A DNA stretch of 64,000 nucleotides from Psammoneis japonica (Eukaryota): positions 372,001 through 436,000 of the forward strand of contig QPGO01000022.1 of assembly GCA_008632985.1 (NCBI GenBank), read 5' to 3'. Numbering within the stretch: position 1 is the stretch's first letter; each line of letters opens with the position of its first letter. The notes beneath the pieces are model-generated. The model was not told the DNA's origin. It did no database searches and saw only the letters and a program-made list of their open reading frames with translations. Shown here in pieces: positions 12,034-24,192 of this stretch. Made by a program: the position numbers and the translations under genes.

Positions 12034-12918
12034 TTACTGAGTATCAACACTACCTTTTAGAAACGCGTCTATGTCAGCTTCGTCCAATCTCCTTATACAT
12101 ATTTCAGTAGCGCCCTCACACTCTCCCACAGTGTCAAGCACCTTCGTCGCGTGCAGAGAAACAACCTGCCGATCATCGGCATACAGCAATTTGTTAAGTG
12201 AATCCAGCACAAACTTTGCCAAATTGTCGACATCAGTTCGTGACGGAGATAAATGTCGAGGAGCAGTTGGACGCAACCTACCGGGACCCGCTTTTGATCC
12301 TACAAAGTGTTTCCTTGGTCTCTTGAGTCGGAATACGATTGACACGGCAATGAAAGTTTCTTCGTCAAACAAAGGTTCTGTCGTCAACGTACCGCTTTCT
12401 CTTAATAAGTCTTGAACAACCTCCCGAAAGACCAGCTGTGCATTTGCGGACGGATTGTACATGAAGCCTCTTGAGGTACGGTGCCGTCGAAGAGGGACTG
12501 GTTTTCCTCGAACGGTAAATCGAATCGATCTGCAAGGGGTAAGGCTTTTGTTGGCCAGTGCACCACCATGGATCTGACAATCAAATTCATCCGAATCGTC
12601 ACTCCAGTACAATGGGAAGTTCTTCGACGAACGAATGCTCGTTGATCTGGGAGAGCTCTTTGTCGATTTTTTCTTCACGCCTTTCGGATGCTTCTTGTCG
12701 GATGGAGGTGTTGATGCGCCGTCGGACAGCCCCGTGTTGACAGACAACGAGCAAGCGAAGTCCCTATCCGAACTTCTACAGTGCCCCCACCAAAGTTTTT
12801 CTGTGTTTTTTCCAATACAGCTCCGTTTTCTTGTCAGTGAAGCTTTGGGGCGTACGCTGAAAGGCGCTACGCATTCCACAAACAGCAGCAGAATTCCGAC
12901 GGTCGTATGGATCGGCAT
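12034..12918 (-). CDS. RusA-family Holliday junction resolvase with N-terminal targeting peptide
   Basis: 'FTVRGKPVPLRRHR' and the catalytic region 'RTDVDNLAKFVLDSLNKLLYADDRQVVSL' match the RusA DxDN..K...D.L.....DD.QV signature. The N-terminus is hydrophobic. Confidence 0.8.
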   Translation of the reverse strand: MPIHTTVGILLLFVECVAPFSVRPKASLTRKRSCIGKNTEKLWWGHCRSSDRDFACSLSVNTGLSDGASTPPSDKKHPKGVKKKSTKSSPRSTSIRSSKNFPLYWSDDSDEFDCQIHGGALANKSLTPCRSIRFTVRGKPVPLRRHRTSRGFMYNPSANAQLVFREVVQDLLRESGTLTTEPLFDEETFIAVSIVFRLKRPRKHFVGSKAGPGRLRPTAPRHLSPSRTDVDNLAKFVLDSLNKLLYADDRQVVSLHATKVLDTVGECEGATEICIRRLDEADIDAFLKGSVDTQ

Positions 12919-14314
12919 GAATGGCAAGCGTTTCTTTCGGACGTGAACCGCTACTTTTCATCAATACAGTTAGCATGGCCCCACCATTTTGGAAAGTATG
13001 GGAAAAAGATCGCGACACGACCGAGAGCCATGCTCTCAGCTCCAATTGGCGCGAAAAAGATCGCGACACGACGACGGAGAGACCTTCACGTCATCAGAGA
13101 TCGCTCGCATCGCTCGCTCGATGGGGTCTTCCTTCTCACCGACCCGTGAGATGAGGAGTCAGTCTCTGCCGCATGCACAGGCTCACGGTGGAGAGTGACA
13201 GCGGGCACCCATGATGACAACAAAAGTTGTCGTTGCTCAAACTGCCCAGCCATCCCCGTTCTTGGTTGGCACATCTTGAGAAGTTGTCCCGGTGAACCAT
13301 GTGTTTTCTGGCACACTGGCTGGAATCCCAAAGAACTTTCTTCTCCCCCCAAAGCCATCCAGCTCTGTGCTTGGCATTTTGGAGAAGGTGATTGTGTTGC
13401 AGAAGTTTGCTGCCATCATCAATGATGAAATCACTGCATTGCAAAGGGGGGAGCCAGCAGCCGTGGACACAAAAGAGAGAGATGACACACAACAACAGCA
13501 CGAGAGGAAGCAGGCTCGCACATTCTGGGGCACGCTGCTGGGTGTGATCTGGCACATCATGACTTGCAGTCAGAGGCAAAGAAATGATCGTGGCCCTGGT
13601 CAACTCCCAAGGGTTTTGACCACAGTTTGCATGTTTGTGGGGCAGCATTTTTTGCGTGTCAGTCATGGCGAGAAACGACAAGAGACTGCGCTGAATCACA
13701 TGATTTGGTCAACTGCGTGAGCCACTGCAGATGTCTCTTGTTGCTTTTGTTTCATGCCTGGGAGTGTCATTTTTGTCAGAGGTGCTCCAGCCATGCAGGT
13801 GACATCAAAGTGGGAGACATGATGTTGACAAGTTGCAGTGAGCTGCCATCACACTGCAAGTTCGCTGTCTGTGACTCAACAGAAAGCTGCCTTGTCTGAC
13901 TGGCAGTTGCACCCACGAAAAAAGTTTGGTGTTGTGAGACTTTGCACAATGACTTCTGTGAATCTTTGCAGCATTTGCCTGGTGGTTTTGATGGCCCAAC
14001 CATGTGCAAAAGAAGCAAAAATGTCAGTTGAAGAAAGTCAATGTGTGTGGAGAACAGCACAGCAGGGTTCCCCAGCAATGTTGGTTGTGAGCACACTGAG
14101 AAAACATTCAACAGGGTCCTTGGCAGCAGTGCTTTGCCCCTTGGCCACATTCCTCATCATCTTGGCAATGGGCAAGCTTTTGCTTGGGCCCTGCAATTTT
14201 GTGTTGAAGAAGGCACTCCATTTCAGGGTTGCAGTGACACAAGCTCACTCCAGTGTGAGCAGAGGTGGCACATGACATGCTTTCATGCATTTGTGCTTTT
14301 GCAGGTTGTCCAAA

Positions 14315-14315
<1 letters not shown>

Positions 14316-14375
<60 letters not shown>
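14316..14375. repeat. (CA)n microsatellite next to an N; ~75-bp duplicated flank
   Basis: About 30 CA units. 'ccagtgtgagcagaggtggcaca...caaaccacac' occurs at ~14250 and ~14378 on either side of the N at 14376. Confidence 0.9.
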
Positions 14376-14459
14376 NGCCAGTGTGAGCAGAGGTGGCACA
14401 TGACATGCTTTCATGCATTTGTGCTTTTGCAGGTTGTCCAAACCACACACACACACTTC

Positions 14460-17400
14460 TTGCAGTGATGAAGCTTGTGGTGACCATGAAGAGCATGTCA
14501 CCACAGACCTTGAGAACCTCCCCGGGCAAGCCATCCTCAACTTCATGCCAGCTGCAGTGAGGGTTGCATCATTGTTGAAGTCCAAATGAATGATTTGAGA
14601 ATCCTTGGTGTCAAAGACAAAAAGTGGTCTTGTTGCCTGGTCTTCAGCAACACTCTGGGAGCAAACCAAGGTGACATGGCAGCAGTGTGGTTGAAACAAT
14701 GATGGGTGCCCAAAACAACAGCTCAAGCCTGCAACATGACATCCAGCTGGTGTGGCTGATCCCAGATGCCTTCTGTGCCAACAGGAGGCAATGACAACAC
14801 AGCTCACATAACATCAATGGAAGCTCACAACCAAAAGTGAAGGAGGGCAATTGGCAGAGCACATCTCATGCTCCAAGTGCAGCAAGAAAGGGCACCATGC
14901 CTCAGACTGCCCTGAGAACAGTGCAACACCAAATGAGTTGACCCAAAGAAGCAGGAACATGTGTGAACAACATGATGGTCAGCAAGAACATTGGGCTCCA
15001 ATCTTGCATGCTTGCAGAGGGGACCAAGAAACAAGAGACAGCCAACTGCAGGCACACATCCAGCACAAGCAATCCAATGGCACAGCAGACCTGAACTGGG
15101 TGCTGCTGGACAACTGGTCAACATGTGTGTGTTTGTCAATGTAGACATGCTTGACAATGTTTGTGAGTCAGAAAAATGGCTGGACCTTCATGCTGCCACC
15201 CCAGTCACTGGCACCAACCTTTGAGGAACTTAGCTTGGATGTGAGAAAGTCTGGCACCCACCCAGATGGAACAACAAACATCTCTTCACTGGCCAAGGTC
15301 AAAGAAAAACACCACATGACTTTTGACAGCCAGCAGCGCAACACATTCATTGTGCACAAGCAAAAGGGCAACACCCAGAGGAATTCAAGAAGCAGCAGCC
15401 AAGAGGGCTGCACTTCTGCAAATCCAGGATGGGCTCCTGCAAATCAGGCCCAGCAGTTGTGCTGGTGAGCATGGTTGCAGAGAACAAGACCAAGCACTTG
15501 GCATGGGACATCAGCATGCACAGCTTGCAAGGACAGCTCAGAAGATGATTGGCAGGCCCAGTGTGTCAGGCAATTCATGGGTGTTGTCCACAACAAGAAA
15601 GTCACAAATTGTCTGGTGAAAAACATGTGGCTGCTGTAGAGAGCATGAGATTTCAGCCCAGATCAACCAAAGAAAAAACTGTCAACAAACAACACCCTCC
15701 CCTTGAGTTGTGCAACAGCTGTGCTGATGTCTTCCAACATGATGACAAAGACCAACAGACAACACCATTCATGATGTCAACACAGCCATGCTGCACATCA
15801 AGTTTTCAGCAGCACAGTCAAGTGTGCATTTGGCCAGAAGATCAAAACACCACTGGAGAGCATTGCCCAGGTGCAAAAGGCATTCAAAATGCCATGTGTG
15901 GATTTGTCATCACCACAGCCCATGTGGAAAGCCAATTTGAGCTGGTGTGAGCAGGGCTGGCAGAAATGAGGCATCAACATCAATGCTGCATCAACAGAGG
16001 AACATGTGGCAGAAATCAAGTGTGCTGCAATTGCATTGTCAAGGACCATGGTCATGTGCTTGGAACACAGTGCACCGCCCCAGCGCCAAGCACTTTTTCT
16101 GTGCTGGATGATCTTTGAGATGGCATGCTGGGTTGTCTTCTGGCTGAACTGCATTGTGGCAAAAGGGTGGCGTGTCTGATTGATGCAGTCCATGAGTGAT
16201 TGTTGCCAGCCTTGAGGAGGTTGGTTGCAGCAAACATGGCCAGCTGGAGTTCAGGCAAGGTGCAAAGACACATGGATGAGGACCATGACAACAGCATGGC
16301 CAGCCACATGATCAGCATCATTGCCTTGCACCCAAATGACAACACCCAAGTTGGGCACTTCTTCACATGAGCCTTGAGAGTTGACAGGATGATGCATCAG
16401 CCAAAAGCCCAAGGATTGGCAGTTTCTCTGTCCCTGTGCCTGCTGAGGTTGTGACTTGCTGGGCCTGCCACACTGCAAGGTGCAGCAAGGCACAAAAAGG
16501 CATCAGCTTTCAAGACTGAGTTGGGGGCCCATTCTTGAGGATGAACAAGAGTTTCTGAGAATTCTCAAAAAGTGATTGGGAGGGTTTGAACTCCAAACCT
16601 CCACCCAATTGTGGCAGTGATGACAGTGACTGCAACCCTGACAAAGACCCCAATGTTGAAGATGGTGCTTCTGTTTGTGGACCAGACAGTGATGACAAGA
16701 GACAGCCACACAGAGAACAGCTTCAACAGGGTGCTGAAACCCTGGACAACCCAACCATCACCTCACAAAATGGTCTCAATGCAGGAGCGGTTGATTGTGC
16801 CACAGCTGACAAGGACCCTTGAACTGCAAGAGTGGACCAAAAACTGCCAGCAACTGCGTGAGTGGACCACAACACTGCCACAAGCACAGAGGGGTGTGGT
16901 GGGGTGCTGCAGTTGCACAGGACCAAATCATGGATGATGCAAGGGGCCAGGAAACAGCAGATGCTGAGATGAGCCAAAACAACAAACCAGATGAGAAGAG
17001 CCAAGCTGACAATGCTGACATCCAGAAGGACATGCAGAAACACAGGGAATGTGCACCAGGGCATGCAACCTGCACCAAAGGAGGTCACAAGAGCTTGTGA
17101 CTGCCTGCACCTCAACCTGCTCAATGTGGACTGCATCCCACATCCCATGAAAAAGGGCTTGAGACATTTGGACAAAAAAGGGGGAAGTGGCCATCATGAA
17201 GGACAGACAGAGCAACTGGAGGCAGTGGAGGTGTCAAAAGCACCCACAAGCACTGGTGGCATGGCCACAACTGCAAAAAAAAAGAGGGTGCTGCAGCACC
17301 TCATGTTCTTGAGACAGAAGCAGTGCAGCCCAGCCAAGGGACATGGACATGTTGGTGGACACCCACAGAACACACAGACATTCAACCAAGGAGGAGGATG

Positions 17401-18720
17401 CACCTGTCCCTGCTGCACATGTTGAGTTGGCTCTGCTGCCCTGCATCATGTTGATGTGCATGAGGTTGGAAGACATGTGATGACAGTGGACTTGCCAGGA
17501 TCCAGGAAGGTGATGTGTTCCTTTTTTTGCTGGAAGGAGTCATGGTCAATGCACTCCTTTTCAGCTCAATCATGACAACAAGAAGCACACAAAATGTGTG
17601 GTGCATGAATCCATGGAAAGAAAGTGTCACATGTGAAACTCAACAAGGCACTGCATGGCATGGCACAACTGCCAGGGGCACCACTGGCACACTTTGGCAG
17701 CTCATGAAAATTCTCAAGAGCTGGGGCTTCAAGCAAAACCCGCGCAATCTGTGTGTGGCAAGTGAGGTGATCAGTGGGCAGCAATGCACCACCTGGTGGC
17801 ATGGATGACCTGAAGCCATTGCATGTGGGTGCCAATGAGGTGGTTCCAAGTGACACTGATTCAAAAACTTGAACAGGAACATGAAGGGCATTGGTTTGCA
17901 CTTGCCATCATGAGGGGAGACCTCTGTGAGTGCCTTGGCATGACAGCTGACTGCAGTCATGTGAGGAAGGGAAAGTCAAAAACTGATCATTTCTGGCACA
18001 GCATCAATGAGCTCATCATTGACTCACCACCAGCATGATGACTGGAGATGGGGAGAGCCCTGCTCCAGCAGCAAGTTGTTTTTGTTCAACATTGAAAAGA
18101 AGAACCTGGAATGCTCAACATGGCCAAGCAAAAACTTTTGACTTGATCATGGGTTTCACAAAAGACCAGGCCTGACACTTGCAGGTTGCAAAGTCATTCT
18201 TGTGATCCCAAATTTGTGACTCTGGGGCTGACAATTCAAGAAACTTGCACAAAAGTTGCAAGTCATCTGCAACCCATGAAAGGTCTGGGTGCTGCTTCTC
18301 CAAACAGAAGCTGAGCATGTGCAGCAGCCAATGGAGAACAGAGAGCAAGCCAGCCGAAAGAGTGCACAATGGCATGCCAACTTTGCTGTAAACCAGGAAC
18401 TTTGTGGAGAGTCAAGAAGGATTCAAAATGTGGGAGAAAGTGCTCCATCAAGAAAATGAGAGCACTGTCTCATTGGAAAGAAATGTGCAGATGTCCAGCA
18501 CAAAGAGAGCCAAGCACATCAATGTGCAACATTCTGGCAGCACTCTGAAGGGTGATTTGACAATGAATGTGGCCCAACGACCAAAACCATGCTTGCCAAC
18601 CATTTCATGAAGCCACTTCAGGGACTGCTGTTTGTCAAAATCTGGAAACTCCTGATCATCAACATGTGGACAACAACCTCCTGTTGACAATGTAGCCATT
18701 GCAGGTGGGAGTGTGCTGGG
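14460..18720 (+). mobile_element. Degenerate Ty1/Copia (CoDi-like) LTR retrotransposon internal region
   Basis: Domains in Copia order: zinc knuckle CSKCSKKGHHASDC (~14870), protease WVLLDNWST (~15100), integrase 'EEHVAEI' (~16000), RT 'LQHLMFLRQKQC', 'KALHG' and 'ECLGMTADCS' (17280-17960), RNase H 'STKRAKHINVQH' (~18500), then 'ggagtgtgctgg' as the likely PPT/LTR start. Confidence 0.85.
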
Positions 18721-20167
18721 AGCAAAAAAGAGCATGTGCACCTGGAAGCTGCAAAAACTGCAGTGGCAGGCGGCAGATCTGCCAGCTGGGAATCCACAAC
18801 CCAGGAAGCTGGTGAGGCAGATTTGCCAGCAGGAGAAAATGGCTCTGAAGACATGGTGCAATGAACAAAGCTGCACTTGAAAACAAGAACAACAGAAATG
18901 AGAGTGTTCTCAATGTCTCAGGCAAAACAACAAGACTGCAAGAGCAGAAAGAAAGAATGGAGCCAGCTCATTCTAAAACAATTGTCGACTCTGCAACACC
19001 CCCCATCAGAGTGCACAGCATCTTTTCTGGGAGAGTTGTGGGTGATTTTACAAATGATCTGAGTCCAGGAGTGGAAGTGGAGACAGTTGTTCCAACAGCC
19101 AGCACTGATGGTGTGCACACATGCATCACCCTCTCACCTCCAAGTTGTTGCCATGATGATCGCACAGCAAGGCGTCAATGTCTTGGAGTGCAGATGGTCA
19201 GTCAGAGCTGGATGGACCCAACACTGGATTGTCAGGCATCATTGCCTCAACAAAACTGGCAACAAGCTTGCAGTTTGTCATCTTGGTCATCTTTGCACTC
19301 ATTTGCTTAGCTCATCAGCACATGTTGGTGCTCCTCCACTTTCAACTTGGCTCATCCAACAATGTCAACATGGCCATGGTGATGACTGGGTTTTCTTTGC
19401 ACAAATCTTCCGTCTTCATTTTCCATTTCATATGAGACATTCACATTGTTGAGCAGCATGACTGTGGTCCTTGTGCTGTGTCGGTCACTGTGCATTGGTC
19501 TTTGCCATTGTCTCTCTCACAGTTGTGAATGAAAGACTTTTGAGAGTGCGGCAACAAGTTGAATCTCAAATCTCCATGGCAAAAGAGAGAGGAGAGGTTT
19601 CTGAAAAAGGTTCCCGGTCCGTTTCAAACCTTCAAGGAAAATCTCGTTAAGGTGGCTTCATGCCAACGAAAGCTCACGATCGTCAGCTTGAAGCTGACAA
19701 AGGTCACTCCTCAAAAAGCGAGTCGCAGGGACTTCAGAAGACTTTTCTTCGCACGCTGATGCGTTCAGTCATGCCTACATTGACACTTACGATCGTTAGC
19801 GTCACGCAAACGAAGAGGACGATGAACAGATCGGCACTGCGTGTTTTGAAGAGGACTCCTTCAGCAAATGGGCACTCTCAAGCTCTCGTTAAGTGGACAT
19901 GATGTCCTTGGCGGCTGCTGTGATCATTCAATAATTCAACAAGGTCTCTTCTTGAAGCCTTATGTTATTTGTGCTTCAGGTGGACCTTTCATTTCGAGTT
20001 TATTGTTCTGTCGATGCAATAATGACCACGAGTTTGAAGTTGTACAGCACTGCCAGTACTGCCCTGCTTCTATCATTGCATCGATAGTACCCGTGTAGTC
20101 GTACACTACACATTAGAGTAATGAATATGGCCACAGACAAGTCGAAAACATCCGCAAGAATCTTTCT

Positions 20168-21316
20168 CTAGTTTTCCCTACCAAGAGACCGATACTGCGG
20201 GATCTCATCCGTATATCCAGTCGCCAACAACATTTCTTGTCCCATCATCATGATTTCGATTGAATCATTGAATTCCATCATTGCGTGTGTGACAGCATCA
20301 TGCATACCAGAAGCAAGTGCTATTTCCCGTATCTTTAAAACTTCTTTTGGTTTGTCGCTCTCTATACGCAAAACATCAAACAATGTGGCAATCGCATGCC
20401 TTGCCACCTCTTTCGAGGACGGTACGTTCTTCATTGCTTGACACAGAATTTGAACGCCCCCAAGCCGCACAAGCTCAGCTTTGTTCCCATGATGGTCATA
20501 ACACAAGATAAAAATCGCCCACGTCGCCCAGTTCGCAATTTCTTCGTGAAAGCGGTACCAATCCAGCACATCAATAACATGCTCGAGTCCCCCCTCATCT
20601 ACAATTTTGGTTGCCATATTCGTATCGCCATCGGCAAGAGCACCGAGAAAGAGGCATCCCTTCCTCTGGACTTCTGCGGAACGACGTTCCGTGGCTTCCT
20701 CTGGCTCGTTGATGTCTTTCGCTCGTTCCAATGATCCCTGAAGTGCTTCAATCGGCTCATTCAATCCGTAACGGTTTGCTTCATGAAGGTGTCGTTCACG
20801 TACTTTCGAATCTGATGCCACCAGAGGAAAAAGACTAAATACGGACAGAAGGAGCTCATCATCAAGCTGCGTGCGCCATTGTTGCAGAGCCCAGTAAAGA
20901 GCCTCTTGACAAAGCAGTTCCAATTCATGAATTTCGTACAAACAAAATCTTCCGTTTTCGGTCTGATTCCTTTTTCTTACTTTTTGCTCTCTGAGACACT
21001 GTTTCAAAAGCGCTCCAAAGCCTGCCGCGGTTTCGAGTCGGATAGTAGCCCTATTCTCTGTCTTTGTGGTGCCCAGTGATTTTATCGTATCCACTATTTC
21101 GAACGCCAGCATGTGCTCATATTTCTCATCTATTCTCGCACCATCATCCTTCTGTTCCTCCACTGCTGTAAACAATGCCACCACGAGACCAACGACAATT
21201 AGAATTATTCCAACCAACCAGTAACCCGTTGCGATGGCCGGAGCTGCGACCAAGAGAAGACAGGACGGTAGCTTCAAGGAACCATCCAGATGTACAAAAA
21301 GACTTGCGCCACTCAT
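20168..21316 (-). CDS. Armadillo-repeat-like protein with N-terminal transmembrane segment
   Basis: 'VQRKGCLFLGALA...KIVDEGGLEHVI...WATWAIFIL...NKAELVRLGGVQIL' are ARM-like repeats. The N-terminus is hydrophobic. Confidence 0.65.
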   Translation of the reverse strand: MSGASLFVHLDGSLKLPSCLLLVAAPAIATGYWLVGIILIVVGLVVALFTAVEEQKDDGARIDEKYEHMLAFEIVDTIKSLGTTKTENRATIRLETAAGFGALLKQCLREQKVRKRNQTENGRFCLYEIHELELLCQEALYWALQQWRTQLDDELLLSVFSLFPLVASDSKVRERHLHEANRYGLNEPIEALQGSLERAKDINEPEEATERRSAEVQRKGCLFLGALADGDTNMATKIVDEGGLEHVIDVLDWYRFHEEIANWATWAIFILCYDHHGNKAELVRLGGVQILCQAMKNVPSSKEVARHAIATLFDVLRIESDKPKEVLKIREIALASGMHDAVTHAMMEFNDSIEIMMMGQEMLLATGYTDEIPQYRSLGREN

Positions 21317-21651
21317 TTGGCTTGAGATCAATATGAACTTCTGACTTTCGCTCTTCTTCGTGGGTACGTAGCCCTAGTCCCTACTCTAATCTAGGGCCCT
21401 AACTCTAAGTTCTATGCCGGCGATGAACAATAATCATCCATCCATACCATTCCACCATTCATTGCGTCTGGCGTCTGGCTCGTCAGTCTCGTCCGTCCGT
21501 CCAGGTAGGAGGATATGGTGCGCGAGTAGAGCGTACGCGTCGTTTGATGTTTTTGATGTCTGATGTCTGGGTTCGTCTTATTTTTGTTGATTGTGTTATT
21601 GCTGTTGGTCGTTGCAATCCATAAAACGCTTTGCTAGGCTATATTTACTCT

Positions 21652-22279
21652 ATGACTCTTCCAGCTTACGATCTTTCGATTGACGAGTTGAGCGTCGCTC
21701 TCTCTTATGTAGCCTTGCTTGGTGGACTCCAACAAACGAAGGGTAGCGATGACAGGCCTCAAAGAAGAAAAAGAAGGAGAAGGAGGTGCGTTGTTTTATC
21801 CGGAGTGCTGAAATGAGAGTGCACTAGGGACTGTTAACGCATTCTATCATATCGCCTTTTCATAGGAAGATGAAAATGATTTTGACGTATTCGGTGATGA
21901 CTTAGATGTCGACGAGGAAAAAGAAGAAGCTCCCAAAGAATCTCGCGCGGAAATGCTTGCCCGCCTCAAGAAAGAAGCCGAAGAGCGCACCGCAAAGAAG
22001 GAAGCAAAGCAGAGGACGTTGGTGGGTATCGAAATCAAGCCTTGGAGTACCGAACAAGACCTTATGGAACTATGGAGAAAAATTACCACCACTGTTACTC
22101 AAGACGGGCTTAAGTGGGGTGAGTCTTGTACGCTGGCAGAGGTTGCCTTTGGTATCAAGAAGATTCAGACAACTTTTGTAATGGGAGTGAACAATTCTTC
22201 TGATGATGTGCAAGAAGCCATCGAGGCTTTTGAAGATGAGGTACAGAGTGTGGAAATCACTTCAATGAATGTGCTCTAA
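21652..22279 (+). CDS. EEF1B: Translation elongation factor 1-beta; intron 21786..21865; apparent 1-nt deletion in exon 1
   Basis: Acidic 'DFDVFGDD' and GEF domain 'IEIKPW...DGLKWGES....VAFGIKKIQ...EDEVQSVEI'. Confidence 0.9.
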
Positions 22280-22407
22280 AATAGTCCAGCCTCAGCAAGG
22301 CAAGTTGACTCTCGAGATGTTCATAGACCTTAACGGATGTGTTCGACCAAGTCTCATATATATTGCACAAGAAGTACTCATGCCACATACAATGGTATGG
22401 AGCTGTG

Positions 22408-22683
22408 TCACTTGCTTCCACGGCGCATGTTGCCCCACATGCTACCGGCCGACGACGACTTCTCGTCCGGGTTCTTCGCTTCACCATGTTTCTGTTGTTT
22501 CATTAGTTTCTCCATTTCCTGTCTGGCTCCTTCGGGCATGTCTTCCTCCTCAAAAAGCCCACGTAATTTATCACGGTCGGCTACAAATGGAAGATAAATC
22601 TGACCAACCCCAACAGCTGCTACAATCGCCATACCCGCAGCGGCGACGAGCTTTCTGCCATCAGTCCGTGGTGCTGGTGGCAT
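22408..22683 (-). CDS. Small hypothetical single-pass membrane protein (91 aa)
   Basis: ATG at 22683; 'LVAAAGMAIVAAVGVGQIYLPF' transmembrane segment followed by a charged tail. Confidence 0.55.
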   Translation of the reverse strand: MPPAPRTDGRKLVAAAGMAIVAAVGVGQIYLPFVADRDKLRGLFEEEDMPEGARQEMEKLMKQQKHGEAKNPDEKSSSAGSMWGNMRRGSK

Positions 22684-23401
22684 TGTTCTTCCGTATATCG
22701 TCTTCCCGCCTGAAAGCGAAGAAGTTGTAGCTGGGAAATCTTCCGTCGAGGTGTTCAGAGCAAGAAATGGAATTTGATTCCAGCAGTAGAGATGAATTTC
22801 GCGCACCGGAAACAGCAAAAGGAAGCGGAGAACGGAGACGTCGTTTGCGCGAGACCAAGCCAATACTGGTACCCGCAAGCCGCAAGCCCTTCAAAAATAG
22901 TTCGGAATTACTCACTGCGGCAGATGCAGCAGTCTGACTGGAAGTTTCTAGCTATTGTGCTGTTGGCGGACAGCATGACGAATGATGACTGCGTGAGCGA
23001 GGTTCCATTCAACCACGAACTAACAAAAATCAAAATCGAAATTTGATATTTTGGATGTGGCTGGCTCGGAAAACAAACTACAATTTGCATAATAATATTT
23101 GATTATTTTTAAAATATATTCCTCTGTGCTTGAAATACCAAAATTCAACATCCAGCCGCGCGCTACGGGTACGTACGGTATGTACGAGTAGTTAGTACTT
23201 CTACCTCATCTCAGCGCATTTATTCAAGAGCCTGTGGCATCGCCGCCATCGCATGCAGGTCGCAGGTTAATGCCTGATCCATGATGCTGTAACTGATAAC
23301 CGCATATTCATAGTAGGTACCGTACGAGTAGGAGGCAGGCGACCATCGACCAAGTGTAGCTAGAGGCTACAAAACCCCACGGCGAGAAATCCAACTAAAT
23401 T

Positions 23402-24091
23402 ATGAACAGTGTATCTATGGGGTCGGAGGCTCGCGATTCTAGCAAAGACGACGTTCCAGGAGCTGCAGCAAAAGGTCCCGAAAAGGAAGGAATCAACAGC
23501 GAATCGAAATCGGCACCAACCGAGCTTGAAAAGACCGGCAACTTGGCACAGACAACATCGTCAAATTCTTTAAAGGAGAAGAGGGAAGTCAAAGAGGATT
23601 CAGAATCACCTGGTGTGGTACTCGAAAATGCTGCCGGGCCTGCAGCTTCGTTCGCTTCCCAAGAGCATGCAAAGATGCTTGAAAGGCTGAGGGACGAGTT
23701 GGTGACTCTTCGGAAAACAAATAACCAGTTGAACGAAGACAATCTTAACCTCAAAGAAAGCAACAGGAAGTTGATGGAGGCTCACAAGTCCGCTGGAAAT
23801 ACCTTTGCGGGGTTTGTTGAACACTCGAAGAAGCTAAACGAGGTGAATGAGAAATTAACGGCTGAAAATGAAGAGCTCTCCAAGCAAATATCAAATCTCA
23901 AGCTAGCCCAAGAAGAATTGAAAGAAGAAGTCAAAATGAAGAACGCGACGTACGTAGCAGAAGTGCACTCTCGGATTGAGCTTCAGGAAACCTTATTAGA
24001 GGTCGTGGATGCAATTCGCAGTCGTTGTCGAGATAAAGGTCTAGTTGGAGATATTCTTGAAATGACTGGGACAGATGACCTGCAAGAGTGA
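23402..24091 (+). CDS. Coiled-coil hypothetical protein
   Basis: 229-aa ORF with heptad-rich E/K/L composition. Confidence 0.7.
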   Translation: MNSVSMGSEARDSSKDDVPGAAAKGPEKEGINSESKSAPTELEKTGNLAQTTSSNSLKEKREVKEDSESPGVVLENAAGPAASFASQEHAKMLERLRDELVTLRKTNNQLNEDNLNLKESNRKLMEAHKSAGNTFAGFVEHSKKLNEVNEKLTAENEELSKQISNLKLAQEELKEEVKMKNATYVAEVHSRIELQETLLEVVDAIRSRCRDKGLVGDILEMTGTDDLQE

Positions 24092-24192
24092 TGTACAAAA
24101 AACTGGGCGGCGGAAAAATGGGGCACCGCCGTTCAAATTATGATGATACCGGGCAAAAAAGCGACTTTTTGGTACGCTAATCTGTAATCAAA

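Larger units (their letters stand above)
13140..19530. mobile_element. TpA/CpG-depleted repeat block: degenerate Copia element flanked by unidentified degenerate repeat sequence
   Basis: Abrupt switch to CA/TG-rich composition with only about ten TA dinucleotides seen in ~6.4 kb. ORFs are fragmented, His/Cys-rich and nearly Tyr-free. Confidence 0.85.

Noticed and set aside
14250..14455. 75-bp direct repeat around (CA)n as an LTR or biological duplication
   Set aside because: The copies are identical and straddle a single N, which suggests a contig-join overlap.
13136..19452. Numerous overlapping His/Cys/Met-rich ORFs in the repeat blocks as novel metal-binding proteins
   Set aside because: They are a by-product of TA loss, which removes TAA/TAG stops and Tyr codons and enriches CAY/TGY/ATG. 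The same applies to 28.8-38.6, 51.7-53.4 and 61.4-63.9 kb.
19559..20098. Short plus-strand ORFs next to the first repeat block
   Set aside because: They are fragmented and unrecognisable; a gene remnant is possible but unsupported.
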